Of a stretch of 32,000 nucleotides of DNA, positions 9,030-20,133 are shown one piece after another; within the stretch, counting starts at the first letter, position 1, and each line of letters starts with the position of its first letter. A program made the position numbers and the translations under genes. The stretch spans positions 521,559 to 553,558 of the forward strand of contig NZ_CP092368.1 of the NCBI RefSeq assembly GCF_025021925.1, in the 5' to 3' direction. The notes beneath the pieces were generated by a model. It saw only the letters and a list, made by a program, of their open reading frames with translations, was not told where the DNA came from and did no database searches. This DNA comes from Candidatus Saccharimonadota bacterium. GTDB lineage: Bacteria > Pseudomonadota > Alphaproteobacteria > Rickettsiales > Anaplasmataceae.

Positions 9030-10045
9030 GCTCTATTTCTACCATAGCATAATAGTACAATATCTAACATTCTGAGGGAAAAAGCCCATTCATTGTCATA
9101 CCATGCTGCTACTCTACATACATCACCTGTAACATGAGTACCTCTTAAATCTATAATTGCACTATACGGATTATGAATGAAATCTATTGACACTAAAGGT
9201 TGATCACATGTAGATAAAACATGTGATAATATATTAAATTTTGTAGAGGAGAGTGAAAGATCTTGGAAGACTGCATTGATTTTTTTTACTGATACTTCTT
9301 GTGCAACAGTAAACGTAAAATCTACTAGAGATACATTACTTACTGGTACTCTAATAGCAGTACCATCTATTTTGCCCTTTAATTCTGGAATAATATTGCC
9401 AATTGTTTTTGCTGCACCAGTTGTCGTGGGGATCATAGATAAACCACATGCTCTAGCTCTGTATAAATCATGATGATTACCATCAAGGATATTTTGATCA
9501 TTTGTATAAGCATGTATAGTAGTCATAAAACCACTTTTTATCTTGAAATGAGAATGTAGAATTTTTGCAATTATTGCAAAGCAGTTTGTAGTACATGATC
9601 CTGCTGATATTACTCTATGTTCTTGTGTGAGCATGTCATCATTTACACCATAAATTATAGTGACATCAGAATCTAAAACAGGCGCAGAAATAATTACCTT
9701 TTGTGCATTATGTCTTATCGCTGCTGCACGATTATTAAATGCTCCAGTACATTCAAGAACCACATCAACATTCCAAGGAATATTTTTAGGGTCTCTTTCT
9801 CGATATATCAATAGCTTTTTATCATTGATAGATAACCAATTCTCATGATTATTAAAATGAATACGACCGTTAAATATACCATGCACAGAATCATATTTGA
9901 TGAAATGTGCATGATGCTCAGCACTCAATGAGCCATTGACAGATATTAATTCTATATGTTGGTTATATAATTCTATCTCATGAATAGCACGTAATATACT
10001 TTTTCCTATTCTACCAAGCCCATTTATTCCTACACGAATCTTCAT
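9026..10045 (-). CDS. gap: glyceraldehyde-3-phosphate dehydrogenase
   Basis: MKIRVGINGLGRIGKSILR NAD-binding N-terminus, catalytic GSCTTNC, C-terminal AAWYDNEWAFS. The ORF track starts at TTG 10057; ATG 10045 is preferred. Confidence 0.93.
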   Translation of the reverse strand: MKIRVGINGLGRIGKSILRAIHEIELYNQHIELISVNGSLSAEHHAHFIKYDSVHGIFNGRIHFNNHENWLSINDKKLLIYRERDPKNIPWNVDVVLECTGAFNNRAAAIRHNAQKVIISAPVLDSDVTIIYGVNDDMLTQEHRVISAGSCTTNCFAIIAKILHSHFKIKSGFMTTIHAYTNDQNILDGNHHDLYRARACGLSMIPTTTGAAKTIGNIIPELKGKIDGTAIRVPVSNVSLVDFTFTVAQEVSVKKINAVFQDLSLSSTKFNILSHVLSTCDQPLVSIDFIHNPYSAIIDLRGTHVTGDVCRVAAWYDNEWAFSLRMLDIVLLCYGRNRA

Positions 10046-10131
10046 GTTATCATACAAAACTCTTAATTATATAGAATATTACATTATTTATCATGATCTT
10101 CTATTATGTCTATATCTTTTTTTATATATAT

Positions 10132-10205
10132 AATCTCTCTTAAAGAAAATTTCTCTTTTATAATGTGAATCTCTATTATCTTCTAAAAATTCTTATAGAG
10201 AGATT
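10132..10205. repeat. 9-bp inverted repeat in the gap-rnhA spacer
   Basis: aatctctct (10132-10140) and agagagatt (10197-10205) are separated by 56 nt. aatctct recurs directly at 10168-10174. Short enough to be chance. Confidence 0.2.
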
Positions 10206-10298
10206 TTTCATGAAATTTAGCACTAACGAAGAGTATAAACTAAATAGAGGATTGAGAATTGCTATGCTTTATGTATGTTATGTGTATTAATTTTTAAG

Positions 10299-10754
10299 TT
10301 ATGAGGAATGAGATAACTTTGTGATGATTGCTTTTCGCGCTAAATCATCAGCTTCCATATTATATTTGTTACCATTATGTGCTTTTACCCACTGCCAAGT
10401 GATTGAATTATGATATAATACGATATTATCTAATTCTTGCCATAGTTTGATATTTTTTACTGACTTTTTATTACTTGTTTGCCAGCCATTTATTTTCCAT
10501 TTTTTTATCCATTCTGTAATACCATATTTCACGTATAGACTATCCGTGTATAAGGATATATTATGAGAACATTTTAATTCTTTGAGTCCATTAATTACAG
10601 CTGTTAATTCCATTTTATTGTTTGTAGTATTTTCTTCTCTGCCAGAAATGCATTCTTTATGATCGTAAAATAATATGATTGCTGACCATCCTCCTGATCT
10701 AGTTGTAGTAGAGCATGCACCATCTGTATATATTATAACTTTTTCTTTATTCAT
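10299..10754 (-). CDS. rnhA: ribonuclease HI
   Basis: IYTDGACS, TNNKMELTAV and WVKAHNGNKYNMEADDLARKA carry the RNase H catalytic acidic residues. ATG 10754 (MNKEKVIIYTDGAC) is preferred over the upstream start at 10781. Confidence 0.9.
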   Translation of the reverse strand: MNKEKVIIYTDGACSTTTRSGGWSAIILFYDHKECISGREENTTNNKMELTAVINGLKELKCSHNISLYTDSLYVKYGITEWIKKWKINGWQTSNKKSVKNIKLWQELDNIVLYHNSITWQWVKAHNGNKYNMEADDLARKAIITKLSHSS

Positions 10755-10921
10755 TTTAAATATATACTTCGCATGTAACACGCTTCTAGAAAAAATAGAA
10801 AAAATTTTTTTTTAGATACTATCGCTTTTATATTATATCATATAATGAAAAAATTATAATGACAATTACAATATAAATAAACAGTAGAACATACTATCTA
10901 TTATTTATCATAAATTGATGG

Positions 10922-11779
10922 TTAACAGATAGTAATAGAGCAAAAAATAATACTACTAAATAGAAAAAATAAGTAAGAAATTGAGTAAACAAACATCTTT
11001 TGCTGTGCATTATAATCTCTATATTTCAGTACTGACATAGCATGCCAAATAAACATGTAATTGACAAAAAAGATAAGACAAATATATATTAAAGGCTTTT
11101 TTAAGAATAGAGTCGGTAAAAAGCTTATTAATACTAATAATATGCTATATTTAAAGATACAATTTCTTGTGCGTTCTGCACCATATACAATATTATACAT
11201 TGGAATTGATGCATGTATATAATCTGACGATTTATTTAAAGCAAGTGACCAGAAATGCGGAGGAGTCCAGAAAAAAATGATAAGAAATAAAATAATACTT
11301 TCCCAACTAATAGAATTAGTAATAGATGCATATCCAATCATTGGAGGACAGGCTCCAGCAACACCACCAATCACAATATTTTGCGGAGAACTTCTTTTTA
11401 ACCAAATAGTATATATAAAAACATAAAATAACATACTAAATGCTAATAAGCCAGAAGTAAGATAATTGACTGTTATTGCCATCATTAGTACTGAACAAAT
11501 TCCAAGGATCGTTCCAAATGTAAGAGCTAGTATTGGAGAAATCCTACCTGCAGGTATAGGTCTATTTTTAGTACGCTCCATCAATATATCTATATCTCTA
11601 TCATACCACATATTGATAGCACCAACTGCTCCCGATCCAAGTGCAACACATGTAAGAGAGCTTATCACAAGTATAGAATTAAATTCTTCTTGTGTAGCAA
11701 TCATGCCAGTCAATGTAGTAAACACTACAAGATATATTATTCTTGGCTTTATTAAATGCCATATATCAATGATAATCAC
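10922..11779 (-). CDS. ctaB: protoheme IX farnesyltransferase (heme O synthase)
   Basis: UbiA-family polytopic protein with [26 protein letters not shown]; sits downstream of ctaC-ctaD. Confidence 0.9.
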   Translation of the reverse strand: MIIIDIWHLIKPRIIYLVVFTTLTGMIATQEEFNSILVISSLTCVALGSGAVGAINMWYDRDIDILMERTKNRPIPAGRISPILALTFGTILGICSVLMMAITVNYLTSGLLAFSMLFYVFIYTIWLKRSSPQNIVIGGVAGACPPMIGYASITNSISWESIILFLIIFFWTPPHFWSLALNKSSDYIHASIPMYNIVYGAERTRNCIFKYSILLVLISFLPTLFLKKPLIYICLIFFVNYMFIWHAMSVLKYRDYNAQQKMFVYSISYLFFLFSSIIFCSITIC

Positions 11780-11824
11780 ATTATTTTATATAACATATAA
11801 CATAATCTCCTCCTATACTCTTAA

Positions 11825-13372
11825 TTATATTACTGGTGGTATATCAAAAGAATGGAAAGGCGGAGGAGAAGATAATGTCCATTCTAAGGTATTAGCACCC
11901 CAAGGGTTATCTCCAGCTTTTGTACCATATTTAAAAAGATAAATCACGACAAATAAAAAGAATATCACTGAAATAAAAGAAATATATGCACCAATTGAAG
12001 AAATATAGTTCCATAAAATAAAAGCATCTGGATAATCAGGAATCCTTCTAGGCATACCAGCTAATCCTAGGAAATGCTGTGGTAAAAAAGTAATATTTGT
12101 ACCAATAAAAGTGAGCCAAAAGTGAATTTGCCCTAAAGGTTCACTATATTGCTTACCAGACATTTTACTAATCCAGTAATAAAATCCAGCAAAAGCTGCA
12201 AATAATACAGCAAGTGACATGACGTAGTGAAAGTGAGCAACAACATAATATGTATCATGCAATACCTTATCTATTCCACTATGAGAAAGGGTGATCCCAG
12301 TGATACCACCACCTACAAACATAAATATAAAACCTAATGCAAAAAGCATAGGAGTTTTTAGCTCAATCGCTCCTCCCCACATAGTAGCAATCCAACTAAA
12401 AACTTTGACACCAGTAATGACACCTATAAAAGATGTTAGAATGCTAAAAAAGACTTCTGCTGTAGCTCCTAGACCAACAGTAAACATGTGATGTGCCCAC
12501 ACTATAAAACCAAGTACTGCTATTCCTATCATAGCATACACCATACCTATATAACCAAATATAGGTCTATGAGAAAAAGTTGATATCACTTGACTGATAA
12601 TACCAAACGCTGGAAATATTATGATATACACTTCTGGATGACCGAAAAACCAAAAAAGATGCTGAAATAATATAGGATCACCACCACCTGCAGGATCAAA
12701 AAAGGTTGTTCCAACATTACGATCAGTGAGTAGCATAGTAATAGCGCCTCCAAGCACTGGTAATGCTACAATTAACATAAATGATGTGAGAAAAATAGAC
12801 CACACAAACAACGGCATTTTAGTTAAACTCATACCTTGTATTCTCATATTTAATATAGTGACAATAAAATTGATTGATCCTATAATTGAAGAAATGCCAG
12901 CTATGTGTAACGCGAGTATTGCAATATCTACTCCAGCTCCTGGATGTGAATTAGGATATGATAATGGAGGATATAGAGTCCAACCAGTACCTGACCCTTC
13001 TCCTGTACATGCTGAAATAATTAATAATATAAACGAAGTACATAGTAACCAAAAACTTGCATTGTTCATTCTAGGAAATGCCATATCAGGTGCTCCAATC
13101 ATAAGAGGTACAAACCAATTTCCAAACCCTCCCATTAATGCTGGCATGATCATAAAGAAGACCATGATTAATGCATGACCAGTAATTAATACATTATATA
13201 ATTGATAGTTATTATTTAGGATATTAATATGCATTAGCTGAGTACGAATTATAATAGATAATCCTCCTCCAATGATTCCTGCTAATATAGAAAAAATAAT
13301 ATATAATGTTCCGATATCTTTATGATTAGTAGATAAAAGCCATCGTTTTATTCCTTTTGGGGTATTATGCAT
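11825..13372 (-). CDS. ctaD: cytochrome c oxidase (aa3-type) subunit I
   Basis: [43 protein letters not shown] and WAHHMFTVG heme-copper oxidase signatures. Confidence 0.96.
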   Translation of the reverse strand: MHNTPKGIKRWLLSTNHKDIGTLYIIFSILAGIIGGGLSIIIRTQLMHINILNNNYQLYNVLITGHALIMVFFMIMPALMGGFGNWFVPLMIGAPDMAFPRMNNASFWLLCTSFILLIISACTGEGSGTGWTLYPPLSYPNSHPGAGVDIAILALHIAGISSIIGSINFIVTILNMRIQGMSLTKMPLFVWSIFLTSFMLIVALPVLGGAITMLLTDRNVGTTFFDPAGGGDPILFQHLFWFFGHPEVYIIIFPAFGIISQVISTFSHRPIFGYIGMVYAMIGIAVLGFIVWAHHMFTVGLGATAEVFFSILTSFIGVITGVKVFSWIATMWGGAIELKTPMLFALGFIFMFVGGGITGITLSHSGIDKVLHDTYYVVAHFHYVMSLAVLFAAFAGFYYWISKMSGKQYSEPLGQIHFWLTFIGTNITFLPQHFLGLAGMPRRIPDYPDAFILWNYISSIGAYISFISVIFFLFVVIYLFKYGTKAGDNPWGANTLEWTLSSPPPFHSFDIPPVI

Positions 13373-13381
13373 TTTTCATTC

Positions 13382-14155
13382 TCACTCAATTCCTTTTAAT
13401 TTTATATCTTCAATCCAATTATCAAACTCGTCTCTACTCACTGCTTCAACAACAATTGGCATAAATCCATGTCCTGGTCCACATAATTCATAACACTGAC
13501 CGTAATAAGTGCCAGGAGTTTTGATATTAAACCAAGATTCATTGAGCCTACCTGGAATTGCATCTATTTTTATACCAAACGCAGATATCCCCCAACTGTG
13601 TATTACATCTGCAGATATGATTTGTAATAGAATATTAGTATTCGTAGGTAAAATCACTTTATTATCAACGGATAGTAATTTCAGATCTCCTTCTTCGGTT
13701 AAATCATTTACATCTTTAAGATAGCTATTAAAAGATAGATTATTATACTCTGGATAGAGATAACTCCAATACCATTGATGTCCTATTACTTTTAATGTAA
13801 TATCTGTTTTTGGAATTTTATCTTGTAATATTATTAATTGTGCATTTTTGAATGATAATATTCCTATAATAATAGTAGGTATAATAAACCAAATTACTTC
13901 TAAAGCAGTGCTATGTGTAGTATTGCTAATATTCACGACTTTACTTTTTCGAAAGCGAAATATTATATAAGCAATTAAAATCCATATGAATAACATAATG
14001 CTGATCATCACAATCATAACAAATGAATGAGCACTAATCACATGTTCCATTATTTCAGTTGCAGGAGTCGGAAAACCAAACGTCCAAGTAGAAGGTTGCA
14101 TGCCGCAGACTATATTAGAATATAAAGTAATTAATATAATAGGTAACTTACTCAT
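13382..14155 (-). CDS. ctaC: cytochrome c oxidase subunit II
   Basis: CuA centre CYELCGPGHGFMP and two N-terminal TM helices. The start is ambiguous: ATG 14155 (MSKLPIILITLYS..., signal-like) is preferred, with in-frame alternatives at 14173 and 14296. Confidence 0.88.
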   Translation of the reverse strand: MSKLPIILITLYSNIVCGMQPSTWTFGFPTPATEIMEHVISAHSFVMIVMISIMLFIWILIAYIIFRFRKSKVVNISNTTHSTALEVIWFIIPTIIIGILSFKNAQLIILQDKIPKTDITLKVIGHQWYWSYLYPEYNNLSFNSYLKDVNDLTEEGDLKLLSVDNKVILPTNTNILLQIISADVIHSWGISAFGIKIDAIPGRLNESWFNIKTPGTYYGQCYELCGPGHGFMPIVVEAVSRDEFDNWIEDIKLKGIE

Positions 14156-14418
14156 AACTTTTGTCTGCACCATAAGCAAAGTTGCATGATAAATGCTAAT
14201 ATATTTCACGATATTCTGCAAGAAGAGATTTATATTTGTATCGTATACTATCTTGAAAATATCATTTTCATGATAGTACAATTTATATTGATTCATATAA
14301 GATTTTGTATTTTAATGATTGTCATACTGATTATGAGGCGATATTAATAATCAAGAATACAGAATATTTTTAATTCAAAATTCTAATTTGTAAATTTGAT
14401 ATTAATTAGGAAGTGATA

Positions 14419-15153
14419 ATGTTTAGATTAGAAGGTAGAAAATTTTTAATTACAGGTGCATCAGGTGGTATAGGTCAAGCAATTATTAAAATAATGCATG
14501 AAGCTGGTGCTACTTTATGTATTTCTGGCACAAAAAGAGAAATTCTTGAAAAAATAGTAATGCAATATAAAAATAATATTGATATGTTACTGTGTAATTT
14601 ATGTAATCTTGAAGAAGTCACTCAGCTAATAAGTAAGGCTAGTCATTTAATGAATGGATTTGATGGTCTAGTGTGCAATGCAGGAATTGTACAGGATAGT
14701 TCTATATTTAGGATGAATGATGATATATGGCAAAAAGTCATCGATGTGAATTTAACTGCTACATTTAAGCTTAATAAAGAAGCATCTAAAATACTTATTA
14801 AGAATAATTGGGGTAGAATTATTAATATTTCCTCAATTATTGCTTTGACTGGTAATGCAGGACAAGCTAATTATGCAGCTTCAAAAGCTGGAATCATAGC
14901 TATGAGTAAATCTATAGCACGAGAGGTAGCAAGTCGTAATATCACTGTCAATTGTATTGCTCCTGGATTTATAGATACTAATATCATTCAAATGCTCAGT
15001 ATCGAACATAAGAAGAAAATATTAGATAATATTCCTATGAAAAGGATGGGTACAGGAGAAGAAGTAGCATATGGAGTATTATTTTTAGCAAGTGATGAAG
15101 CAAAATATATTACAGGATTTGTATTAAATATAAATGGAGGATTATTTATGTAG
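14419..15153 (+). CDS. fabG: 3-oxoacyl-ACP reductase
   Basis: SDR motifs ITGASGGIGQAI, NAG and YAASKAGIIAMSKS. ATG 14419 is preceded by SD AGGAAG (14408-14413); the ORF track starts at GTG 14413. Confidence 0.88.
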   Translation: MFRLEGRKFLITGASGGIGQAIIKIMHEAGATLCISGTKREILEKIVMQYKNNIDMLLCNLCNLEEVTQLISKASHLMNGFDGLVCNAGIVQDSSIFRMNDDIWQKVIDVNLTATFKLNKEASKILIKNNWGRIINISSIIALTGNAGQANYAASKAGIIAMSKSIAREVASRNITVNCIAPGFIDTNIIQMLSIEHKKKILDNIPMKRMGTGEEVAYGVLFLASDEAKYITGFVLNINGGLFM

Positions 15154-15211
15154 AATCAAATAATACTATATCTCTGTAGATCCCCTTATTCATTTATTTT
15201 TGATATGTAAG

Positions 15212-15850
15212 TTATTCAGATTGTATATTATTTAAGTAATAGACTATTGTATCAATAGTAGTAAATTTAATGTTATGAAGTTGCGAAAAAGCAAATATTT
15301 CAGGTAAACGCATCATAGTACCATTATCATTAATTAATTCACATCCTACTGCTGCTTGAGTATATCCTGCTAACTTTGCTATTTCAACACTTGCTTCAGT
15401 ATGTCCTCTTCTTACTAAGACTCCTCCATCATTTGCAATAGTAGGAAAAACATGTCCTGGTGTAATAATATCATCTTGAGTGCTTTGATCATTAATAGCA
15501 ATATGTATAGTATGAGTTCTATCATATGCAGATACTCCAGTTGTAATACCAAAACGCGCATCAATTGAAGTAGTAAATGCAGTATGATGTACTTGATTTT
15601 CTACATTAGTCTGATGCATAAATCCAAGATTGAGTTTAATCATATGTAACTTAGTCATAGCTAAAAATACTATACCAGTACCATATCTAATCATAAAAGC
15701 CATATGTTTTGGAGTGATTTTATCTGCTAATATAATAAGATCCCCTTCATTTTCTCTATTTTCATCATCTACTATAATAAATAATTTACCTGCAATTGCT
15801 TCATCTAATATATCTGTAATCGAAGAAATTGATGTTCTAAAATTAGTCAT
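15212..15850 (-). CDS. ribB: 3,4-dihydroxy-2-butanone-4-phosphate synthase (stand-alone)
   Basis: DDENRENEGDLI and RRGHTEASVE motifs; 212 aa with no GTP cyclohydrolase II domain. The ORF-track start at 15931 would overlap greA, so ATG 15850 is preferred. Confidence 0.88.
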   Translation of the reverse strand: MTNFRTSISSITDILDEAIAGKLFIIVDDENRENEGDLIILADKITPKHMAFMIRYGTGIVFLAMTKLHMIKLNLGFMHQTNVENQVHHTAFTTSIDARFGITTGVSAYDRTHTIHIAINDQSTQDDIITPGHVFPTIANDGGVLVRRGHTEASVEIAKLAGYTQAAVGCELINDNGTMMRLPEIFAFSQLHNIKFTTIDTIVYYLNNIQSE

Positions 15851-15887
15851 GAGAATTAAAATATAATTTGATCTTATGCATATAGTA

Positions 15888-16385
15888 TTACTTAAATTCA
15901 ACTTTAATGACTTTGTATAATTTCTCTCCACTAGGCACTGTTACTTCAACATCATCTCCTACTCTTTTACCTATTAAAGCACTACCTATAGGGGAGTGAA
16001 TTGAGATTAAATTATTTGCAATATCAACTTCATATTCACCGACTATCTTATAAATATATTCTATAATCTTTGTATCATCATTTAGTATTCTCAATGTTAC
16101 AGTTGCACCAAACATAATAATATCACCAGATAAATTATTTATTTCTATAACTTCAGCATGTGCGATTTTATGTTCTAACTCTATAATACGACCTTCAATA
16201 AAGCCTAATTTTTCTCGCGCTGCGTGATATTCTGCATTCTCAGATAAATCACCTTGATCACGAGAGTCAGAAATAGATTGAATAATATGAGGCTTTTCTT
16301 CTTTTATCTTTGCAAGCTCATTATACATATTCTGCAAACCTTCCTGTGTAATAGGAAATCTATGAATAATCGAAAAATGCATCAT
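15888..16385 (-). CDS. greA: transcription elongation factor GreA
   Basis: QGDLSENAEYHAAREK coiled-coil motif and FKBP-like C-domain. The ORF track starts at TTG 16394; ATG 16385 or 16382 is more likely. Confidence 0.9.
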   Translation of the reverse strand: MMHFSIIHRFPITQEGLQNMYNELAKIKEEKPHIIQSISDSRDQGDLSENAEYHAAREKLGFIEGRIIELEHKIAHAEVIEINNLSGDIIMFGATVTLRILNDDTKIIEYIYKIVGEYEVDIANNLISIHSPIGSALIGKRVGDDVEVTVPSGEKLYKVIKVEFK

Positions 16386-16397
16386 AAGACCCAAAAA

Positions 16398-17939
16398 CTA
16401 TAAGCGATTAAAATTAGTAACAAAATTTTGCATAGTATTATCAATCTTCTTCTTTATATCATCAGTGATTTCATTTGACAACTGCTTTAACATCTCAGGA
16501 TATAAAGTATGAAAATATTCAATAAATTCATACGTGAATTTAGTAATCTCTTGTATTTGAATTTGACTTAAAAGATTATATAAGTTAGAAAAAATATACA
16601 TAATCAAAATTTGTTCTTCTATGGGCATAGTGATATGTTGTTTTTGTTTTAATAATTCAACTAGATATTGACCTTTATTTAGGGCAAGTTGTAGACTAAT
16701 ATCTAGTTCAGAACCAAATTTTGAAAAATCCTCTAATTCTTTATATTGAGCTAAACTAAGTTTTATAGAGCCAGCAACTTGTTTTACACAAGATAATTGT
16801 GCTGCAGATCCAACCCTAGACACAGATAAACCTATATTTACACTAGGGCGAAAACCTTTATGAAAAAGTTCTGTATCAAGAAAGATTTGTCCATCAGTAA
16901 TTGAAATAACATTTGTTGGTATATATGTAGATACATCACCAGCTTGCGTTTCTACAATTGGTAAAGCAGTTAATGAGCCATTTCCTTTAAGATCAGACAT
17001 TTTAGCAGCTCTTTCAAGTAAGCGCGCATGTACATAGAAGATATCTCCAGGATATGCTTCACGTCCAGGAGAATATCTTAAAAGTAGTGACATCTGGCGA
17101 TATGATATAGCATGTTTAGATAAATCATCATAGACTACTAGAGCGTGCATTCCATTATCACGAAAATACTCTCCAATAGTACAACCAGCATACGGTGCTA
17201 AGAATTGCATAGGCGCACTTTCAGATGCACCTGATACAACTACAGTTGTATATTCAAGCGCTCCACTTTCTTTTAACTGATTTACTATTTTTGCAACTGT
17301 GGAAATTTTTTGCCCAATAGCAACATAAATACAGTACATTTTTTGTTTTTTCTCTACTTGATCATTAATAATTTTCTGATTGATTATAGTATCAAGTGCA
17401 ATAGTTGTCTTACCAATTTGTCTATCTCCAATAATCAATTCTCTCTGTCCTCTACCTATTGGTACTAGTAAATCAATAATTTTAATTCCTGTTTGTAATG
17501 GTTCATGAACAGAAGTACGATCAATAATACCAGGAGCTTGAGCTTCTATGTTCATCTTATTGAAAGTTTTTATCTCTCCTAATCCATCTATAGGTTCTCC
17601 TAATGCATTGACTACTCTGCCTAATAATTCAAAACCTACAGAAATTTGAATCACATCACCACTGCACTTTATTGTATCACCTTCCTGGATATCTAGATCA
17701 TGACCAAGTATTGCTATACTAGATATGTCATGATTTAAATCAAGTACTATGCCATTTAGTCCATTCTCAAAACATACTTTCTCGCCAAATTTTGCTTGAT
17801 CCATACCGTATACTAATGCAATTCCATCAGTTACGGAAATTACCTCTCCTATATTTTGATGTTCTATGGGATAGTTAAATTCTTGAACTTTTTTTCGTAT
17901 TATATTAACTATTTCAGAGCTATTAATATTAGTGTTCAT
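16398..17939 (-). CDS. atpA: F1 ATP synthase alpha subunit
   Basis: Walker [14 protein letters not shown] and overall F1-alpha layout, 513 aa. The start overlaps the atpH stop (ATGA). Confidence 0.96.
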   Translation of the reverse strand: MNTNINSSEIVNIIRKKVQEFNYPIEHQNIGEVISVTDGIALVYGMDQAKFGEKVCFENGLNGIVLDLNHDISSIAILGHDLDIQEGDTIKCSGDVIQISVGFELLGRVVNALGEPIDGLGEIKTFNKMNIEAQAPGIIDRTSVHEPLQTGIKIIDLLVPIGRGQRELIIGDRQIGKTTIALDTIINQKIINDQVEKKQKMYCIYVAIGQKISTVAKIVNQLKESGALEYTTVVVSGASESAPMQFLAPYAGCTIGEYFRDNGMHALVVYDDLSKHAISYRQMSLLLRYSPGREAYPGDIFYVHARLLERAAKMSDLKGNGSLTALPIVETQAGDVSTYIPTNVISITDGQIFLDTELFHKGFRPSVNIGLSVSRVGSAAQLSCVKQVAGSIKLSLAQYKELEDFSKFGSELDISLQLALNKGQYLVELLKQKQHITMPIEEQILIMYIFSNLYNLLSQIQIQEITKFTYEFIEYFHTLYPEMLKQLSNEITDDIKKKIDNTMQNFVTNFNRL

Positions 17940-18496
17940 AGTAATTCCTTATTTTTTAATATTTCAGTTTGACTTAAGTGAACTAATCTCTTTAAATAGC
18001 TTTTTAATGAGCGATCTATTAAGTAGGAATTATATCTTACTATAAAACCACCTAGTATAGTAGGATTAATTACATTACTCACTTTTGTAATAACACCAAG
18101 AAACGTGAGAGATTCAGTAATCAACTGAATATCAGATTTATTTAATAAAACTGCAGATATAATAATAATTTCAAATTCGTTTTGACTATTTCGTACAAAA
18201 TATAGGAACTTTTCTAATATCGCAAGTAATAAATTAAATCTCTTATTTATACAGACAATTATAATAAACTTGATAAATTGATCACTAATATATTGCTTGA
18301 GAATCAAGATAAGTTCTTGTTTCATTGTATAAGATATTCTAGGATGAGATAAAAAATGAAAAATATCATCTTGATTACGTAAAAAATGTAATAGCATTTT
18401 TGCTTCTTGTTTATATATCTCTAATTGATATTTTGATATTTCAAATAAGATATTTGCATATGAGGTAATCAAGTAATGAGCTTGAATGTTATTCAT
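17936..18496 (-). CDS. atpH: F1 ATP synthase delta subunit (OSCP)
   Basis: Position immediately upstream of atpA, ~185 aa, and the OSCP C-terminal pattern [29 protein letters not shown]. The sequence is otherwise divergent. Confidence 0.8.
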   Translation of the reverse strand: MNNIQAHYLITSYANILFEISKYQLEIYKQEAKMLLHFLRNQDDIFHFLSHPRISYTMKQELILILKQYISDQFIKFIIIVCINKRFNLLLAILEKFLYFVRNSQNEFEIIIISAVLLNKSDIQLITESLTFLGVITKVSNVINPTILGGFIVRYNSYLIDRSLKSYLKRLVHLSQTEILKNKELL

Positions 18497-18608
18497 AATT
18501 GTGAACCTATAAATATTATATATCAGAATTAAATTAAATATTAATGACTCACTTGCATAAAGATTTTTGCATTAGTGATGAAGATATAAAGTGTAATGAA
18601 ATAGGAAA

Positions 18609-19019
18609 TTATGTTATCTCATGAGTCTTATTATAAGATTTTCCTTTTGCTAAAATATCTCTCTCTACTAGCTCAATCACTGCCATTTTAGCACAATCAC
18701 CTTTTCTTATATTAAACTTAATGATTCGAGAGTACCCTCCTGGACGATTGTGATAACGCTCTGCCATAACATGTAATAATTTATTAACTACTAACTTATT
18801 ATTATGCAAGCGTGATAGCAAAAGTCTTCTGCCATATAAAGAAGACTTATTTTTAGCAATTGTAATCAATTTTTCGATATATGGACGTAATATTCTAGCC
18901 TTTGATAAAGTAGTTATAATTTGCTCATGATTGATTAAGGAAATAGAGAGATTTTTTAACATAGATAATCTATGTTGAGTAAATCTGGAAAGTTTTCTTG
19001 TTCTTATACCATGTCTCAT
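18609..19019 (-). CDS. rplQ: 50S ribosomal protein bL17
   Basis: MRHGIRTRKLSRFTQHRLSMLKNL N-terminus; follows rpoA. Confidence 0.94.
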   Translation of the reverse strand: MRHGIRTRKLSRFTQHRLSMLKNLSISLINHEQIITTLSKARILRPYIEKLITIAKNKSSLYGRRLLLSRLHNNKLVVNKLLHVMAERYHNRPGGYSRIIKFNIRKGDCAKMAVIELVERDILAKGKSYNKTHEIT

Positions 19020-19035
19020 ATATTACCTAATTGCA

Positions 19036-20112
19036 TCATCTATCTTCATCAGCATGTTGTTTAGCCAATTCCTCTATATCATTAGGTGGCCAGTTTGGTA
19101 TAGAAATACCTAAAGATAATCCAAAATTACTTAATACTGCTTTAATCTCATTAAGAGATTTTCTACCAAAATTAGCAGTCCTTAACATTTCACTTTCTGT
19201 TTTTTGTACAAGATCACCAATATAAGTAATCTTTTCGTTTTTTAAACAATTATGAGATCTTACAGATAATTCCATCTCATCTACTTTGCGTAAAAATACT
19301 GGATCATACCCTAAATCTTTAGTAGCGATATTATAATAAGAAGAGGCATGAGAAAATCTATAAGAAGGATCAGCCATAATAAATGGTTGTAATTGTTCTT
19401 GCAATATTTTAGCAGAATAATCAAGAGCTTGAATCGGTGAAATTGTACCATCAGTTTCAATTGAAAAGATTAATTTATCTTTATCCGTCACTTGACCAAC
19501 TCGACTGTTCTCTATTTTGTAAGATACTCTTTTAATAGGGCTATATAATGCATTCACAGGAATAAAATTCACTCTATCTTGCTCATGAATAAATTTTAAA
19601 AATTCATTCTCTTTATATCTTGATACAGGTAAATAACCCTTACCTCTCGATACATATATTCTCATATTAAAATCTATTTCTTCTCCTAGAGTACATATAA
19701 GCAATTTTTTATTCATGATAACGCATTGAGTATCTATATCTATCATACTTGCAAATACCTGACAAGGACCCTTAGCATGTAAAGTGAGAGTAGTATGAGA
19801 GATATCATGCAATTGACATCTCAGCATGCTTATATTGAGTATGATATCAGTGATATCTTCTCTCACGCCTTGCAGTGAAGTAAATTCATGAGAAATTCCT
19901 TCAATATTCACGCCATACACAGCATTTCCTTTGAGTGAGGATAACATCACGCGCCTTAATGCATTTCCTAAAGTTAACGCAAAGCCACTTTCCAGTGGTT
20001 CTAATATGACATCACTTTTTTCAATAGCATCACCTGAAATAACTTTAATTGCACTCGGTTGAGTTAATCTATCTAAACTGTGAGAGATAATCGTTTCATT
20101 GTTATTATGCAT
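19036..20112 (-). CDS. rpoA: DNA-directed RNA polymerase alpha subunit
   Basis: N-terminal assembly domain plus C-terminal domain [22 protein letters not shown]; conserved rpsK-rpoA-rplQ context. Confidence 0.95.
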   Translation of the reverse strand: MHNNNETIISHSLDRLTQPSAIKVISGDAIEKSDVILEPLESGFALTLGNALRRVMLSSLKGNAVYGVNIEGISHEFTSLQGVREDITDIILNISMLRCQLHDISHTTLTLHAKGPCQVFASMIDIDTQCVIMNKKLLICTLGEEIDFNMRIYVSRGKGYLPVSRYKENEFLKFIHEQDRVNFIPVNALYSPIKRVSYKIENSRVGQVTDKDKLIFSIETDGTISPIQALDYSAKILQEQLQPFIMADPSYRFSHASSYYNIATKDLGYDPVFLRKVDEMELSVRSHNCLKNEKITYIGDLVQKTESEMLRTANFGRKSLNEIKAVLSNFGLSLGISIPNWPPNDIEELAKQHADEDR

Positions 20113-20133
20113 ATAAATTTCCTATACTCTAAC

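Noticed and set aside
377-9848. Other short antisense ORFs from the track (377-559, 5388-5636, 8606-8791, 9276-9473, 9660-9848; also 13509-13724, 15630-15866, 19031-19225, 24254-24481, 30691-30918)
   Set aside because: Each lies wholly inside a confidently identified gene on the opposite strand and shows no motif, SD or conservation signal that I can see.
10210-10290. 26-codon plus-strand ORF in the gap-rnhA spacer, considered as a small protein gene
   Set aside because: It is too short and compositionally ordinary to call, has only a weak agagaga SD-like element, and cannot be tested for conservation here. It is mentioned in the spacer finding but not reported as a CDS.
11466-13178. Long plus-strand ORFs antisense to ctaB/ctaD (11466-11942, 158 aa; 12291-12491; 12726-13178, 150 aa), considered as possible overlapping genes
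   Set aside because: All sit in the same frame relation to the sense gene. In that frame, antisense stops can only arise at sense T|TA, C|TA or T|CA junctions, that is at Tyr, His or Gln codons, which are rare in these membrane proteins. Long stop-free antisense runs are therefore expected. The ORFs have no SD, no recognisable motifs, and low-complexity composition mirroring the sense codons.
18549-18578. Imperfect hairpin (tcact-tgca / tgca-tt-agtga) after rplQ, considered as the alpha-operon terminator
   Set aside because: The stem is interrupted by a 2-nt bulge, the loop is 10 nt, and no U-tract follows on the minus strand. The evidence is insufficient for a terminator call.
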